NCBI GenBank assembly: GCA_964651655.1
Contig: CAZYVS010000001.1
Coordinates: 5,132 to 69,131, forward strand
DNA from: an uncultured Candidatus Saccharibacteria bacterium
GTDB lineage: Bacteria > Patescibacteriota > Minisyncoccia > Phycocordibacterales > Zambryskibacteraceae
Length of the DNA stretch: 64,000 nt
Direction of reading: 5' to 3'
Positions 29,431-38,819 of the stretch are shown one piece after another. Position 1 is the stretch's first letter. Each line of letters starts with the position of its first letter. Under the pieces are notes generated by a model. The model was not told the DNA's origin and did not search any database. It worked only from the letters and a program-made list of their open reading frames with translations. Made by a program: the position numbers and the translations under genes.

Positions 29431-30072
29431 TCATTTATTTTTATACTTTTCGGGTAAGAAACTGTACTCAAGGAAAGTTGTACTTAATAAGTCAGATCCA
29501 TTTCTGGGTGACGCTAAACGTGCAATGTAAAACCTCATCCCATCTACAATCTCTTTGAAGGAATAAATCTGCTCATCTAACGTTTTCTGGTCGACTATTT
29601 TTTTTGCTTCTGATTTCTTTATTGTGTTATTAGTAATATTTTGAACCCTCATCACAGCATGACCGTGCAGCAGAAGGTTTCGCATTTTCCGAAAGTTTTT
29701 TAACCGAGAGATGAGATTTTTATACTTTTCTCTTTCCTGCAAATCCTCTTCTTTGAAGTCAAAATTAAAAGTGTAAAGAAAGACTGACGTCTTATCAATA
29801 AAGTTTATGCTGTCTAGGTGCTTGAATATGTCTAGATCCGGGCTGAACGAATGATCGCGCACTAACTCACGGAAAAAGGCATTCATGCCACTTTCTAAAA
29901 TCAAGTGGAGTGAGATTAGTGAATCGACGATATCTTCTTCGGTAAGTTCAGTGTTATTAAGAAGAGGTACGATCCTTTTCACATTCACAGACCAAACTAT
30001 ATGTTGCTCATCAGTGATGGATATAAGTGTTCCGTATTGTAGGTTTGCACCTTCTGAATCTTGTGTGTACAT
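29431..30072 (-). CDS. hypothetical helical protein with HEPN-like RxxxxH motif
   Basis: RNLLLH; AT-rich; next to GIY-YIG gene and tRNA-Gln. Confidence 0.5.
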   Translation of the reverse strand: MYTQDSEGANLQYGTLISITDEQHIVWSVNVKRIVPLLNNTELTEEDIVDSLISLHLILESGMNAFFRELVRDHSFSPDLDIFKHLDSINFIDKTSVFLYTFNFDFKEEDLQEREKYKNLISRLKNFRKMRNLLLHGHAVMRVQNITNNTIKKSEAKKIVDQKTLDEQIYSFKEIVDGMRFYIARLASPRNGSDLLSTTFLEYSFLPEKYKNK

Positions 30073-30117
30073 AACGATGGTTGTTTATGAGGATTCAATG
30101 TTTCTCGGACTCCGAAC

Positions 30118-30366
30118 CTATCTCAAGATGAATAAAGCAAATTTCTTTTCTCGCCTCCATCCTTTAATCTCCGCTTCTCTTTGCCGTGCCTCTTTCAATG
30201 TCTTAAAAGCTTCTTGGTACTTCAATATAACTGGTCTACGCAGTTTTGTGTAATGTGCACCCCACTTCGAATCATTATGTTGTTCTACTCTCCTAACAAG
30301 ATTATTCGTACAACCGACATAGAGAGATTTATCTGCACATTCTAAGATATAGACGAAATACGACAT
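30118..30366 (-). CDS. short GIY-YIG nuclease (UPF0213-like)
   Basis: YFVYILEC...LYVG-T...RR..QHN...YT..RRP...E..IK. Confidence 0.92.
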   Translation of the reverse strand: MSYFVYILECADKSLYVGCTNNLVRRVEQHNDSKWGAHYTKLRRPVILKYQEAFKTLKEARQREAEIKGWRREKKFALFILR

Positions 30367-30467
30367 GAGAACTTTAGGCCCTTCACTTTCGTTCAGGGAC
30401 TTCTTCTCTCCTGTATATGCTGGCCGCAGGCACTGATGAGCCTTCGTCCAGCGAAGGTGAAGAAGTG

Positions 30468-30538
30468 CTGCGGGGGTAGGAGTCGGACCTACATACGCAG
30501 CTTCAAAGGCTGCTGTCCTGCCGTTAGACGACCCCGCA
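30468..30538 (-). tRNA. tRNA-Gln(TTG)
   Basis: TGCGGGGTCGTCTAACGGCAGGACAGCAGCCTTTGAAGCTGC...CCCCGCAG cloverleaf. Confidence 0.92.
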
Positions 30539-30540
30539 AA

Positions 30541-30786
30541 TTATTGCAGAAATAGGGTTTTGAGAAACTTTCTACCATTTGCTGTCTTAAGCTGTTTTTC
30601 CCTTTTTCTAGCTTCAGTAAGGTTATCATATTGCTCATGGTAAATCATTACCCATGGTTTATGTCTCTTGGTATAGAAATGCTTACCAGAATTATGTTCA
30701 GCAAGTCTTCTGTCTAAGTTATTGGTCATTCCCACATAACTCTTTTGAACTGAACAACTCTTTAAAACATAAATGTAATAAACCAT
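30541..30786 (-). CDS. short GIY-YIG nuclease
   Basis: YYIYVLKS...YVG-T-NL-RRL-EHN...YT..HKPW...REK-LK. Confidence 0.92.
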   Translation of the reverse strand: MVYYIYVLKSCSVQKSYVGMTNNLDRRLAEHNSGKHFYTKRHKPWVMIYHEQYDNLTEARKREKQLKTANGRKFLKTLFLQ

Positions 30787-30791
30787 AATAA

Positions 30792-30924
30792 AAAGGCGTG
30801 TCCTACCCGCCTCGCGTCGACTCGCCCTGAATTGGGCGAAGTGAGCAAGTCCCCGCGAGTCGAGGCGGGCCGTTAGACCAGCTTCGACTAGATGTCGAAT
30901 CTAGGCGAGCGACCCCGCAAATTA
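30792..30924 (-). pseudogene. relic 5' half of tRNA-Gln interrupted by two palindromic insertions
   Basis: Removing the inserts gives TGCGGGGTCGTCTAACGGTAGGACACGCCTTT, matching the 5' end of tRNA-Gln at 30468-30538 plus 5 upstream nt. Confidence 0.75.
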
Positions 30925-30931
30925 CACCTTG

Positions 30932-30960
30932 ATAGTACGAATTATTTCCACTTTTAGCAA
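30932..30960 (-). promoter_or_regulatory. sigma70-type promoter upstream of the tRNA-Gln relic/GIY-YIG/tRNA-Gln unit
   Basis: TTGCTA-N17-TACTAT on - strand. Confidence 0.55.
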
Positions 30961-31005
30961 ATTTAATTGATGATTTTAGAATTCAGATTCTGATATAATA
31001 GAATT

Positions 31006-31221
31006 ATGGATGATAACGTCCATTATAAATTCTCAAGTCATTTGTGCGGTCATTGTGGCGGACCGGCGCCGGATTGGAAGTGCCCGAAGTGCGGTCTGAC
31101 TTCTTACGTCTTTGACCCCGACCATTTTAAAAAATGTAAGCGCACGGGAAAAATGGAAGCTCTCTGTCAAAAATGCGATGAAGCCGAATCCCAATGTGTC
31201 TGTCCGATACAAAATAATTAA
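31006..31221 (+). CDS. small Cys-rich zinc-ribbon protein
   Basis: CGHC, CPKC, CQKC, CVC; TATAAT 6 nt before ATG. Confidence 0.55.
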   Translation: MDDNVHYKFSSHLCGHCGGPAPDWKCPKCGLTSYVFDPDHFKKCKRTGKMEALCQKCDEAESQCVCPIQNN

Positions 31222-32267
31222 ACGGATTTAATACAATCGGCCAACGCAATCTCCAGAGCCAATTCCGGAATAGAGGTGCGGCCGGAATCTTCATAGGCAG
31301 TAATAAATGACAGTAGAACTTCGGCGGTCAGATCTGAACCGGCTTTTGCCGCTAATTTCTGAAGGAAGACGAAATCATCTTCGGAAACTTGTTTTTTAAT
31401 ATAATCATCCATACCCGCTTTAAGCCGAAGCAAGAAAAGAAAGCGCAGCCGTTCAAGGATAAGCTTGGCAAAAAGCTTCATCTCGGCATTGGCCGCTACG
31501 GCGTTCTGGATTGCCCTCATCCCCTTTTCGATATCTTTGTCAATAATTGATTCAAGTATATTTCTAACCAACTCCGCTTTCGGTGCGCCTGTCACTATTT
31601 CCACTTCTTCGCGAGTAATTTTTTTATTGTTTGTTGAGGAAAACACTTTTTCCAAAATTCCATGTGCATCACGAAAGGAACCGTCACCCAAAATAGCCAC
31701 TAGCTCCGCCGCCGCCGGCTCCAGAGTAAAGCCTTCCTTTTTCGCCACCGAGAGAGCAAAAGTTTTGAGCATCACTTGATTTGGTTGTCTGAAAGAAAAA
31801 GTCTGACAACGAGAAACTACCGTCTCCGGCACCTTTTCTAATTCGGTTGTCGCCAACACAAACACGACATGTTGCGGCGGTTCCTCAAGAGTTTTGAGAA
31901 AAGCGTTCCAGGCATCCTTGGTAAGCATATGCACCTCATCAATAATATAAACCTTGTAATGTGAATCAAAGGGCAGAGTGTTGACGGATTCTCGAATCTC
32001 GCGGACATCATCAATACCACGATTAGAGGCGGCGTCCATCTCGACCAAATCGTTGGCTGAAGTGCCAATCTCTCGTGATAAGATTCTCGCCATCGAAGTC
32101 TTGCCGGTACCGCGCGAACCGGAGAAGAGATAAGCGTGCGAAATATTACCGAGTTTGATTGCTCCTTCCAAAACTCTGACGATATGATCTTGACCGATAA
32201 CATCCTTAAAATGTTGCGGACGATATTTGCGATACAGCACGCCTCCGGTTTTAGTATCTTTCTTCAT
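31218..32267 (-). CDS. dnaX: DNA polymerase III subunit gamma/tau
   Basis: LYRKYRP, GSRGTGKT, IDEVHML, NAFLKTLEEPP, SRC. Confidence 0.95.
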   Translation of the reverse strand: MKKDTKTGGVLYRKYRPQHFKDVIGQDHIVRVLEGAIKLGNISHAYLFSGSRGTGKTSMARILSREIGTSANDLVEMDAASNRGIDDVREIRESVNTLPFDSHYKVYIIDEVHMLTKDAWNAFLKTLEEPPQHVVFVLATTELEKVPETVVSRCQTFSFRQPNQVMLKTFALSVAKKEGFTLEPAAAELVAILGDGSFRDAHGILEKVFSSTNNKKITREEVEIVTGAPKAELVRNILESIIDKDIEKGMRAIQNAVAANAEMKLFAKLILERLRFLFLLRLKAGMDDYIKKQVSEDDFVFLQKLAAKAGSDLTAEVLLSFITAYEDSGRTSIPELALEIALADCIKSV

Positions 32268-33280
32268 ACCGGTATTATACGATTTTTTATGAATTCGGAT
32301 ATAATTGCCTCTACCTCACTCGCGTTATTGGTATTCATTAGTTTAACGCGCAAATCTCCTATTCCATCAATGCCAGATAAATAGGCCTTAAAATGTTTTT
32401 TCATCACAGCAAAACTTTTATGCTCGCCGAGTAATTCTTCAAACAATTTTATATGCTTCACCAACACTCGTAACTTTTCTTCTATAGAAGGGGGTTTGTC
32501 CAAGTCGGCAAACAACCACGGATTACCGAAGATGGCGCGTCCAAACATTATTCCGTTACAACCCGTTTCTTCAATCCGCATTCTTGCTTCTTTTAAATTT
32601 CTTACATCACCATTACCCAAGATTAAAGTTTCTTTGCCGGAAGCATTTCGAATCTCGACGGCGCGTTTGACAAATTCCCACCGGGCCGATACCTTGGACA
32701 TCTCTTTCCTAGTGCGAGCATGGATAGTCACTACGGCCACATCTTCTTCAAGAATTTCTGGTAACCAATTTTCAAGCTCTGGTTTGTTATAGCCGATACG
32801 AGTCTTCACAGATACCGGTAGTGAGCCCGCGCCTTCTTTGGCTGCGTTGATAAGTTCTCTAGCCAGCAACACATTCTTCATAAGCGAAGCTCCGGCGCCT
32901 TGTTTCTCCACATTTTTGTCCGGGCAACCCATATTGATGTCAACTCCGTCAAAGCCGAGCTCGCGTGCGAGCTCGGCGGCTTTCTTCATATTTTCGGGCA
33001 CAGAGGTAAAAAATTGCGCTACTATTGGTCGTTCCGCTTCACTATATTCAAGACTTTTCAAAAGCTTTTTTCTGCCTGCTTCAGGCGCTAATGCTAAACC
33101 ATCAGCGGAAACAAACTCTGTCCACATCACATCGGGCCCGCCTCGCCTCGGCTCGCCATCGCGAGTCGAGGCGGACTTACTCACTTCTGCAATAATACGT
33201 CGAAAAGCCGCGTCCGTCACATCGGCCATGGGCGCCAGTACAAAAATTGGTTTACTTAATTTTCCCCAAAATCCAAGCAT
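32264..33280 (-). CDS. dusB: tRNA-dihydrouridine synthase
   Basis: LAPMADVTD, DINMGCP, SVKTRIG, HART, GNGD. Confidence 0.9.
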   Translation of the reverse strand: MLGFWGKLSKPIFVLAPMADVTDAAFRRIIAEVSKSASTRDGEPRRGGPDVMWTEFVSADGLALAPEAGRKKLLKSLEYSEAERPIVAQFFTSVPENMKKAAELARELGFDGVDINMGCPDKNVEKQGAGASLMKNVLLARELINAAKEGAGSLPVSVKTRIGYNKPELENWLPEILEEDVAVVTIHARTRKEMSKVSARWEFVKRAVEIRNASGKETLILGNGDVRNLKEARMRIEETGCNGIMFGRAIFGNPWLFADLDKPPSIEEKLRVLVKHIKLFEELLGEHKSFAVMKKHFKAYLSGIDGIGDLRVKLMNTNNASEVEAIISEFIKNRIIPV

Positions 33281-33318
33281 ATATCCACTCTCTACTATTT
33301 ACTGTTTACTGTCTACTA

Positions 33319-34134
33319 TTATTTAAACTTGTAGAATACTTTATTTGTCGTGCGCAAGTCCAGATACAAAACTTTTTTAAGAAAATCCTTCTGAGCTTTG
33401 ATAGAATCATCAGAGAGAAAAGCCTCTAGATTCGAGTGCAACAAAACAGGATCATCCCCTCTTCTCCATATCAATTGTCCGCCATTAGGCAAAAGCAAAT
33501 TATAATCGTCCGCGGTTATCTTCATAGCCGTTGGCTGAAGATTTAATGTTGGCAAAATTTTTATAAATCCCAAAAGCGACTCAAAGTTCTCCGCAGGAAT
33601 AAGTTGCTTGCCTATAGGATTGCCGATCGGCTCTTCCGTACTATAGACAAAGTAAACTCCGTTTGAAAAAGAGGGGGCGGGCGCAAAGATAAATCCTCCC
33701 TTATCCACAAAGAAACATTCATCTTCAATACAATACAGAGCGAAGGGCATACGCTCTTCAACATTTATGACAAGAGTTTGAAATTTGTCTAGGTTTAAAT
33801 CAACAGATCGAAGTCTTGGAAATTTTTCAATGAGACTTTGCTTAATAGCGCGCCGCGGATAGATAAACGCATTGGCGCGAGGAATCATCCAAAGATAATG
33901 ATTGTCAATCAAACTTTGAACAGCTTGGGTCATCTCTTCCCTATCTGCTACATTTTCTCCAGTTATCATTACCGCTGTAATCAGAAATTTTTCCAAACGA
34001 GAAAGATAAATCAGCGTAAAAACTATAGTCAAGACGCCAATTAGAACAAGGGCAAATTTTATACGCCTTCTTTTTTTCTTTTTCTGATAAAATCCGGCCG
34101 AATTTATAACCCTGCCGCTCGAAACTATTTTCAT
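33319..34134 (-). CDS. FtsQ/DivIB-like cell division protein
   Basis: Basic N-terminus plus single TM, POTRA-like segment, C-terminal YLDLR..NKVFYK. Confidence 0.65.
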   Translation of the reverse strand: MKIVSSGRVINSAGFYQKKKKRRRIKFALVLIGVLTIVFTLIYLSRLEKFLITAVMITGENVADREEMTQAVQSLIDNHYLWMIPRANAFIYPRRAIKQSLIEKFPRLRSVDLNLDKFQTLVINVEERMPFALYCIEDECFFVDKGGFIFAPAPSFSNGVYFVYSTEEPIGNPIGKQLIPAENFESLLGFIKILPTLNLQPTAMKITADDYNLLLPNGGQLIWRRGDDPVLLHSNLEAFLSDDSIKAQKDFLKKVLYLDLRTTNKVFYKFK

Positions 34135-34180
34135 AAAGAAAGTATATCAAACCTCTCAATAGACCATACAAGCCCTCTTA

Positions 34181-34917
34181 CTGTGCAAAGCTCGACTTTG
34201 CACAGTTATGGCAATAGTTCTTTGGTAATTTCCTTAGCTGGACTACTGGAAACAAATTTTTTATACGACGAAATGCTTTTTTCTTTAGTATAACGATCCG
34301 TTATAATATCCGTTACTAATAATCCTTCAAACCTATTTTTATCAATACAATCTTGATAACTTGACCATGGATAGAGATGCTCTTTTCCCGTCCATCCTTT
34401 TATTTCGCATGGATGTTTATGAATGTATGCCGAGGTATGCATTAATTGTCTGTCTTCGCCAATATGGACACTTTTATACGGACCTTGAAATAAGTGCCCG
34501 CTTTTTTCATGTCTAGTATTAAAATACTTTGTATATGCAGTCAAAACCCTGTGCATATATTTAGAAATGCCATTATCAACTAATTCACGAATAATTATAT
34601 GAAAATGGTTTGGCGCTAAACAGAAAACTACTAGTTCCACAATCCTCTTTTTTAGGATATCATTCTTTAACTCATCCGTAATGTGCAAAGTCGATCTTTG
34701 CACATTTTGGCGTATTTCTCTGCTTATATTTTTTATAACCACTTCTCCTTGAAAAGCCATGAGGAGAAATAAAAATCTTAAGCGATCTTGATCTGTTTCA
34801 AAGATTGGTTGTTTTTGCATTCCCCTGTTAAAGACATGCAAATATTCTCCGGGCGCATGAAATCGCATACCTCTATTGTATACCTATATTTATTTGTGCA
34901 AAGTCGAGCTTTGCACA
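34181..34917. mobile_element. RAYT locus: HUH transposase flanked by REP-like palindromes (34181-34205, 34895-34917; internal copy 34680-34706)
   Basis: TGTGCAAAG-N5-CTTTGCACA copies in inverted orientation on both sides of the gene. Confidence 0.75.
34206..34868 (-). CDS. REP-associated tyrosine transposase (Y1_Tnp, IS200-like HUH)
   Basis: HVFNRG, FCLAPNHFH (HUH), YTKYFN...GHLFQG.Y, YIH, YPWSSY. Confidence 0.88.
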   Translation of the reverse strand: MRFHAPGEYLHVFNRGMQKQPIFETDQDRLRFLFLLMAFQGEVVIKNISREIRQNVQRSTLHITDELKNDILKKRIVELVVFCLAPNHFHIIIRELVDNGISKYMHRVLTAYTKYFNTRHEKSGHLFQGPYKSVHIGEDRQLMHTSAYIHKHPCEIKGWTGKEHLYPWSSYQDCIDKNRFEGLLVTDIITDRYTKEKSISSYKKFVSSSPAKEITKELLP

Positions 34918-34989
34918 GTTTTAACAAAGAAGTCCCGCACAGAGTTTGTACATTTCTGTACGAGACTTCTGTGTGGGACCACGATGCAA

Positions 34990-35229
34990 TTAAGGACCTT
35001 TCCATGTTTTCAACATTATCCCTGAGATGGATGCTCTGACATCGTCAGCCTTTCTGCGTCCATTCTGATACGAATATTCCTGGTCCGACGCGAGACGAGT
35101 TACAACGCGATCAAGTGCTTCCTCGGTTCCTTCGGGGAACGCCTTGCGATCGACGTGAGCTAACTCTTCATTAATGACCTCGCGCACTCTTCGTTCATAC
35201 GGTTTCTCTTTCGTTTCCTGGTCTGCCAT
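34990..35229 (-). CDS. hypothetical protein
   Basis: AAGGAG SD before ATG 35229; hairpin downstream at 34929-34980. Confidence 0.45.
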   Translation of the reverse strand: MADQETKEKPYERRVREVINEELAHVDRKAFPEGTEEALDRVVTRLASDQEYSYQNGRRKADDVRASISGIMLKTWKGP

Positions 35230-35245
35230 GACCGTTCTCCTTTCG

Positions 35246-35482
35246 TTACTTCGATAGAATCCCAACACTTTGCATGATTGCTAAAGTTTCTTCTGCCCCT
35301 TCTTCGCGGAGCTTCTGTTTTACAATCTCCTCCGCCGTCACCGTCGGTTCTTTCCAGACTTTTCGGTCCTCGAGAAAAGTACTAATCAGTCTCACGACTC
35401 GTTTCCTATCTTTCGCCGACAGTCGCACCTCCAAACTATGTAAAAGATCCTTCAAGAACAATGAGTCAGATTCATTGAGCAT
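35246..35482 (-). CDS. hypothetical protein
   Basis: GGAGGT SD before ATG. Confidence 0.45.
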   Translation of the reverse strand: MLNESDSLFLKDLLHSLEVRLSAKDRKRVVRLISTFLEDRKVWKEPTVTAEEIVKQKLREEGAEETLAIMQSVGILSK

Positions 35483-35564
35483 ATTTACCTCCCCTAATAA
35501 ACAGTTTTTTACTTTCTGGATGTGATTATATATTAAATAAAAAATATGTCAAATAAAAATTACT

Positions 35565-36830
35565 TTACTTTTTTATCTCCGACAGACCGTTCATGTATGG
35601 TACTAGTACTTCCGGAAGTTTTATGGAACCGTCGGCTTGTTGAAAATTTTCTACCAGAGAAACAAGGAGACGCGGAGTGGGAGCGGCAGTGGCATTGAGA
35701 GAGTGGGCATATTGAAGTCTTCCCTCACCATCTTTATATCGAGTATTTAAACGCCTGGTTTGAAAGTCGTGGAAATAAGAAGCGGAGCCAATTTCTCTAT
35801 AAGTGTTCTCGCCCGGCACCCAGAGTTCGATATCATATTTTTTAACCTGACCGAGACCCAGGTCCCCCCCGCAATTTATAACTGTGCGGTACGGAATTTG
35901 AAGAGATTCAATAAATTCTTCAGTATTGCGATTTAATTCTTCATGATATTTTACCGACTCGTCGTGATTCGCTTCGCAAAGAATCACTTGCTCAAATTTG
36001 AAAAATTCATGCACTCGAACCAAACCCTTTACATCTTTGGAATGACTGCCGATTTCCCGGCGAAAGCAGGACGAGAAAGCCAGAATTTTTTTCGGTAATT
36101 CTTCTTTAGAAATCGTTTCGTCTTGGAAAAGCCCCATAATCGCCACTTCCGCCGTACCGGCCAAATATTTTTCATCTTGAACTTTATAAAGGTCGTCCTC
36201 ACTTTGTGGCAACCAACCAGTACCCAGAAGCGGTTCGCGGCGAACCAAGGAGGGAGCAAAGTAGAGAGAAAAACCACGCGAGACGAAAAAGTCAAGCGCA
36301 TAGCGCCAAACGGCAAAGGAAAGCATGGCCCCCGAACCTTTGAGAAAATATCCTCGAAAACCGGCCACTTTCGTTCCCCGTTCGAAATCAGCCATACCAA
36401 GAGCGGTCATAAGTTCCATGTGACTCTTAAGTTCAAAATCAAATTTAGGAATGTTACCCCATCTTCTTATTTCTTCATTATCGGCATCGCTATCACCTTC
36501 CGGCACCGACCTGTCGGGAATGTTCGGCACCTTAAGCATCAGTGCCCGCCATTCGCGCATTATTTCTTTTAATTCTTCTTCATCTCGTTCTAGTTCGCTT
36601 TTGAGCGTCTTCATTTTTCCAAGAATGGCCTCACGCTCTTCGGAACTAGCTTTTACTATCTTATTGTTGGCTACATTTTGATCAGCGCGTTTCTCTTCCA
36701 CCCGCCCGAGAAAAACCTTCCGTTTATTGTCAATTTCAACAAGTCTATCAAGGTCAATCTCCACTCGCTTAGATTTTGCCGCTTTGGCTATCAACTTTTT
36801 ATTTTCCCTGATAAATTTAATATCGAGCAT
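35565..36830 (-). CDS. serS: seryl-tRNA synthetase
   Basis: MLDIKFIREN, GTAEV, FRRE..S, RVHEF.K.E, LNATA. Confidence 0.97.
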   Translation of the reverse strand: MLDIKFIRENKKLIAKAAKSKRVEIDLDRLVEIDNKRKVFLGRVEEKRADQNVANNKIVKASSEEREAILGKMKTLKSELERDEEELKEIMREWRALMLKVPNIPDRSVPEGDSDADNEEIRRWGNIPKFDFELKSHMELMTALGMADFERGTKVAGFRGYFLKGSGAMLSFAVWRYALDFFVSRGFSLYFAPSLVRREPLLGTGWLPQSEDDLYKVQDEKYLAGTAEVAIMGLFQDETISKEELPKKILAFSSCFRREIGSHSKDVKGLVRVHEFFKFEQVILCEANHDESVKYHEELNRNTEEFIESLQIPYRTVINCGGDLGLGQVKKYDIELWVPGENTYREIGSASYFHDFQTRRLNTRYKDGEGRLQYAHSLNATAAPTPRLLVSLVENFQQADGSIKLPEVLVPYMNGLSEIKK

Positions 36831-36902
36831 AAATTAGCTTTTTGCTTCTAGCTATTAGCTATTAGCTTAAATACATAATACAAGAATGCTATTATAAATG
36901 AA

Positions 36903-37760
36903 ATGATACAAAATCTGTCACCCAGAGACTTTCCGGAACTTCTCAAAGAAATACCGGATCCTCCCGCGCGATTGCGCTATGAAGGCGCATTGCCAAAAGC
37001 TGGCAACAAACTCCTGGCCATAGTCGGTTCAAGAAAATATACAAGCTATGGAAGAGAGGTGTGCGAATCCATAATCTCCGGGCTTGCCGGTTCTCCTATT
37101 ACAATCGTTTCCGGCCTGGCCCTCGGCATTGATTCCATCGCTCACCGCGCCAGTCTGCGCGCCGGACTTCAAACTATCGCCATCCCGGGTTCCGGTCTTG
37201 ATAGAAAAGTCCTGCATCCCCACTCTCATGTCAATCTCGCTAATGAAATTGTAGAAAGTGGCGGAGGATTGATTTCGGAATATGACGACACCATGCCTTC
37301 GGGCGCCTGGGCCTTCCCGAGGAGAAACAGAATCATGGCGGGAATGTGTCATACCACTTTGGTTATTGAGGCCGAGAGAAAATCCGGGACACTCATCACT
37401 TCGCGACTGGCTACCGAATACAATCGAGAGGTTGGCTGTGTCCCCGGTCCGGTAAATTCTCCCACCTCGGACGGAGCGCATATGCTTATCCGCCTCGGCG
37501 CGGCGCTGATACGCGACGCCAATGATGTGCGAGAACTTCTGGGATTAAAAAGAATGGATGAAAATCCAACTCTTGTAGATATTGAAGAATTGAGTGATGA
37601 AGAAAAAATTTTTATACAAATTTTGGAAAAGTCATGTCCGCGAGATGAACTTATTCGCCAATCAAAACTCGACATAGGCACCGCCAGCGCCACCCTCTCA
37701 CTTCTAGAAATCAAAGGTTTGATTATCGAAGAACTAGGCGAGGTTAGAAGAACGTTTTAA
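36903..37760 (+). CDS. dprA: DNA-protecting protein DprA
   Basis: AIVGSR, VSGLALGID, FPRRNRI, SGTLIT; upstream of topA. Confidence 0.95.
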   Translation: MIQNLSPRDFPELLKEIPDPPARLRYEGALPKAGNKLLAIVGSRKYTSYGREVCESIISGLAGSPITIVSGLALGIDSIAHRASLRAGLQTIAIPGSGLDRKVLHPHSHVNLANEIVESGGGLISEYDDTMPSGAWAFPRRNRIMAGMCHTTLVIEAERKSGTLITSRLATEYNREVGCVPGPVNSPTSDGAHMLIRLGAALIRDANDVRELLGLKRMDENPTLVDIEELSDEEKIFIQILEKSCPRDELIRQSKLDIGTASATLSLLEIKGLIIEELGEVRRTF

Positions 37761-37836
37761 CTCTATTTATACAAAAAACCGCCCATACCTCCCAATAGAC
37801 GGTTCATAATTTGCTACTCGTATATTCTTGCCTTTT

Positions 37837-37998
37837 TCAAAAATTTTTCTTTTTCCTTGGAGTTAATTCTGGATCTGGGCCAACGAGGTGCCGCCATTTG
37901 GGATTAAGATAACAAATCCCCATTACCACAAGGGCAAGAACACCTATAGCTAGTGCTGGTAAAACTACAACCGATAACAATTCCCTTAGAGTATCCAT
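37837..37998 (-). CDS. small single-TM protein (53 aa, not in ORF track)
   Basis: AGAGGAGG SD; MDTLRELLSVVVLPALAIGVLALVVMGICYLNPKW... Confidence 0.4.
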   Translation of the reverse strand: MDTLRELLSVVVLPALAIGVLALVVMGICYLNPKWRHLVGPDPELTPRKKKNF

Positions 37999-38150
37999 AC
38001 TTGGAAATCCTCCTCTATCTGGTTCTTGTCGATTTACATTCTAATATCAATTTACGCTAATTTCTACAAGTAATCAAATCTATGTTTAATCAAAGAAAAA
38101 GGGGCGAGTCAAAAGTTCGACTCGCCCCATCTGGGGCTCGCAACGAGCAC

Positions 38151-38804
38151 TCAGTCTGCCAAGCGCGGTTCGTAGAGATTTCGCGCCTGAACGATCAAGT
38201 GCACTTGCTCGAGCTTGAGCGGAGAATGATCCGGTGCCTTAAGAACGCCCTCACCGAGCGTATGGTTGTCGCCGAAGATCCGAGCCCTCTCGGTGTAGAG
38301 ACCGTTGAGCTTGTGTCGCGTCCCGAACATCGGTTGGGACTTCACGTTCTTCGGCTCCTGCTTTGTACCGAGACAGAGCAAGCTTGCTTGTTGAATCTCG
38401 TCCCATGTATGCGGGATCGGAACAGCGAAGATGTCGCCCTGTCGTTTCGAGGCCACTCGGAAAGCTTGCTCGAATTTCGTGATGACCTCCGGCTTCAGCG
38501 CGGCGTAGAACGAATCGTCGCCTTCTCGCTGAAAAGCACGAAACGGCTCGTCTCGCAAACGGACCAGGAACGGACGTTCGTCGGTGCCTCCAAACCAGTA
38601 CTGCGTTTCGGACCCACCGCTTATGATACGGAGCAGAAACTGCTCGCCGTTCATGAGAGGGAAGAACTCCGACTCGGGGTTGTCTGGCAGAACGATGTCT
38701 GTACTTTCTCGGAAAGGCGGAGCGTGTGCACCCCCCTTGTAGCCGAACTGGAGCTTAGCCATTCCGGCTTTCTTCGGAACAGTTCTCATCTTGAAGAGTT
38801 TCAT
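38151..38804 (-). CDS. hypothetical protein with RQGD motif
   Basis: SD AAGGAGG; RQGDIF...H...APDH; GC-rich; terminator hairpin at 38096-38128. Confidence 0.6.
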   Translation of the reverse strand: MKLFKMRTVPKKAGMAKLQFGYKGGAHAPPFRESTDIVLPDNPESEFFPLMNGEQFLLRIISGGSETQYWFGGTDERPFLVRLRDEPFRAFQREGDDSFYAALKPEVITKFEQAFRVASKRQGDIFAVPIPHTWDEIQQASLLCLGTKQEPKNVKSQPMFGTRHKLNGLYTERARIFGDNHTLGEGVLKAPDHSPLKLEQVHLIVQARNLYEPRLAD

Positions 38805-38819
38805 CTCATGCCTCCTTTC

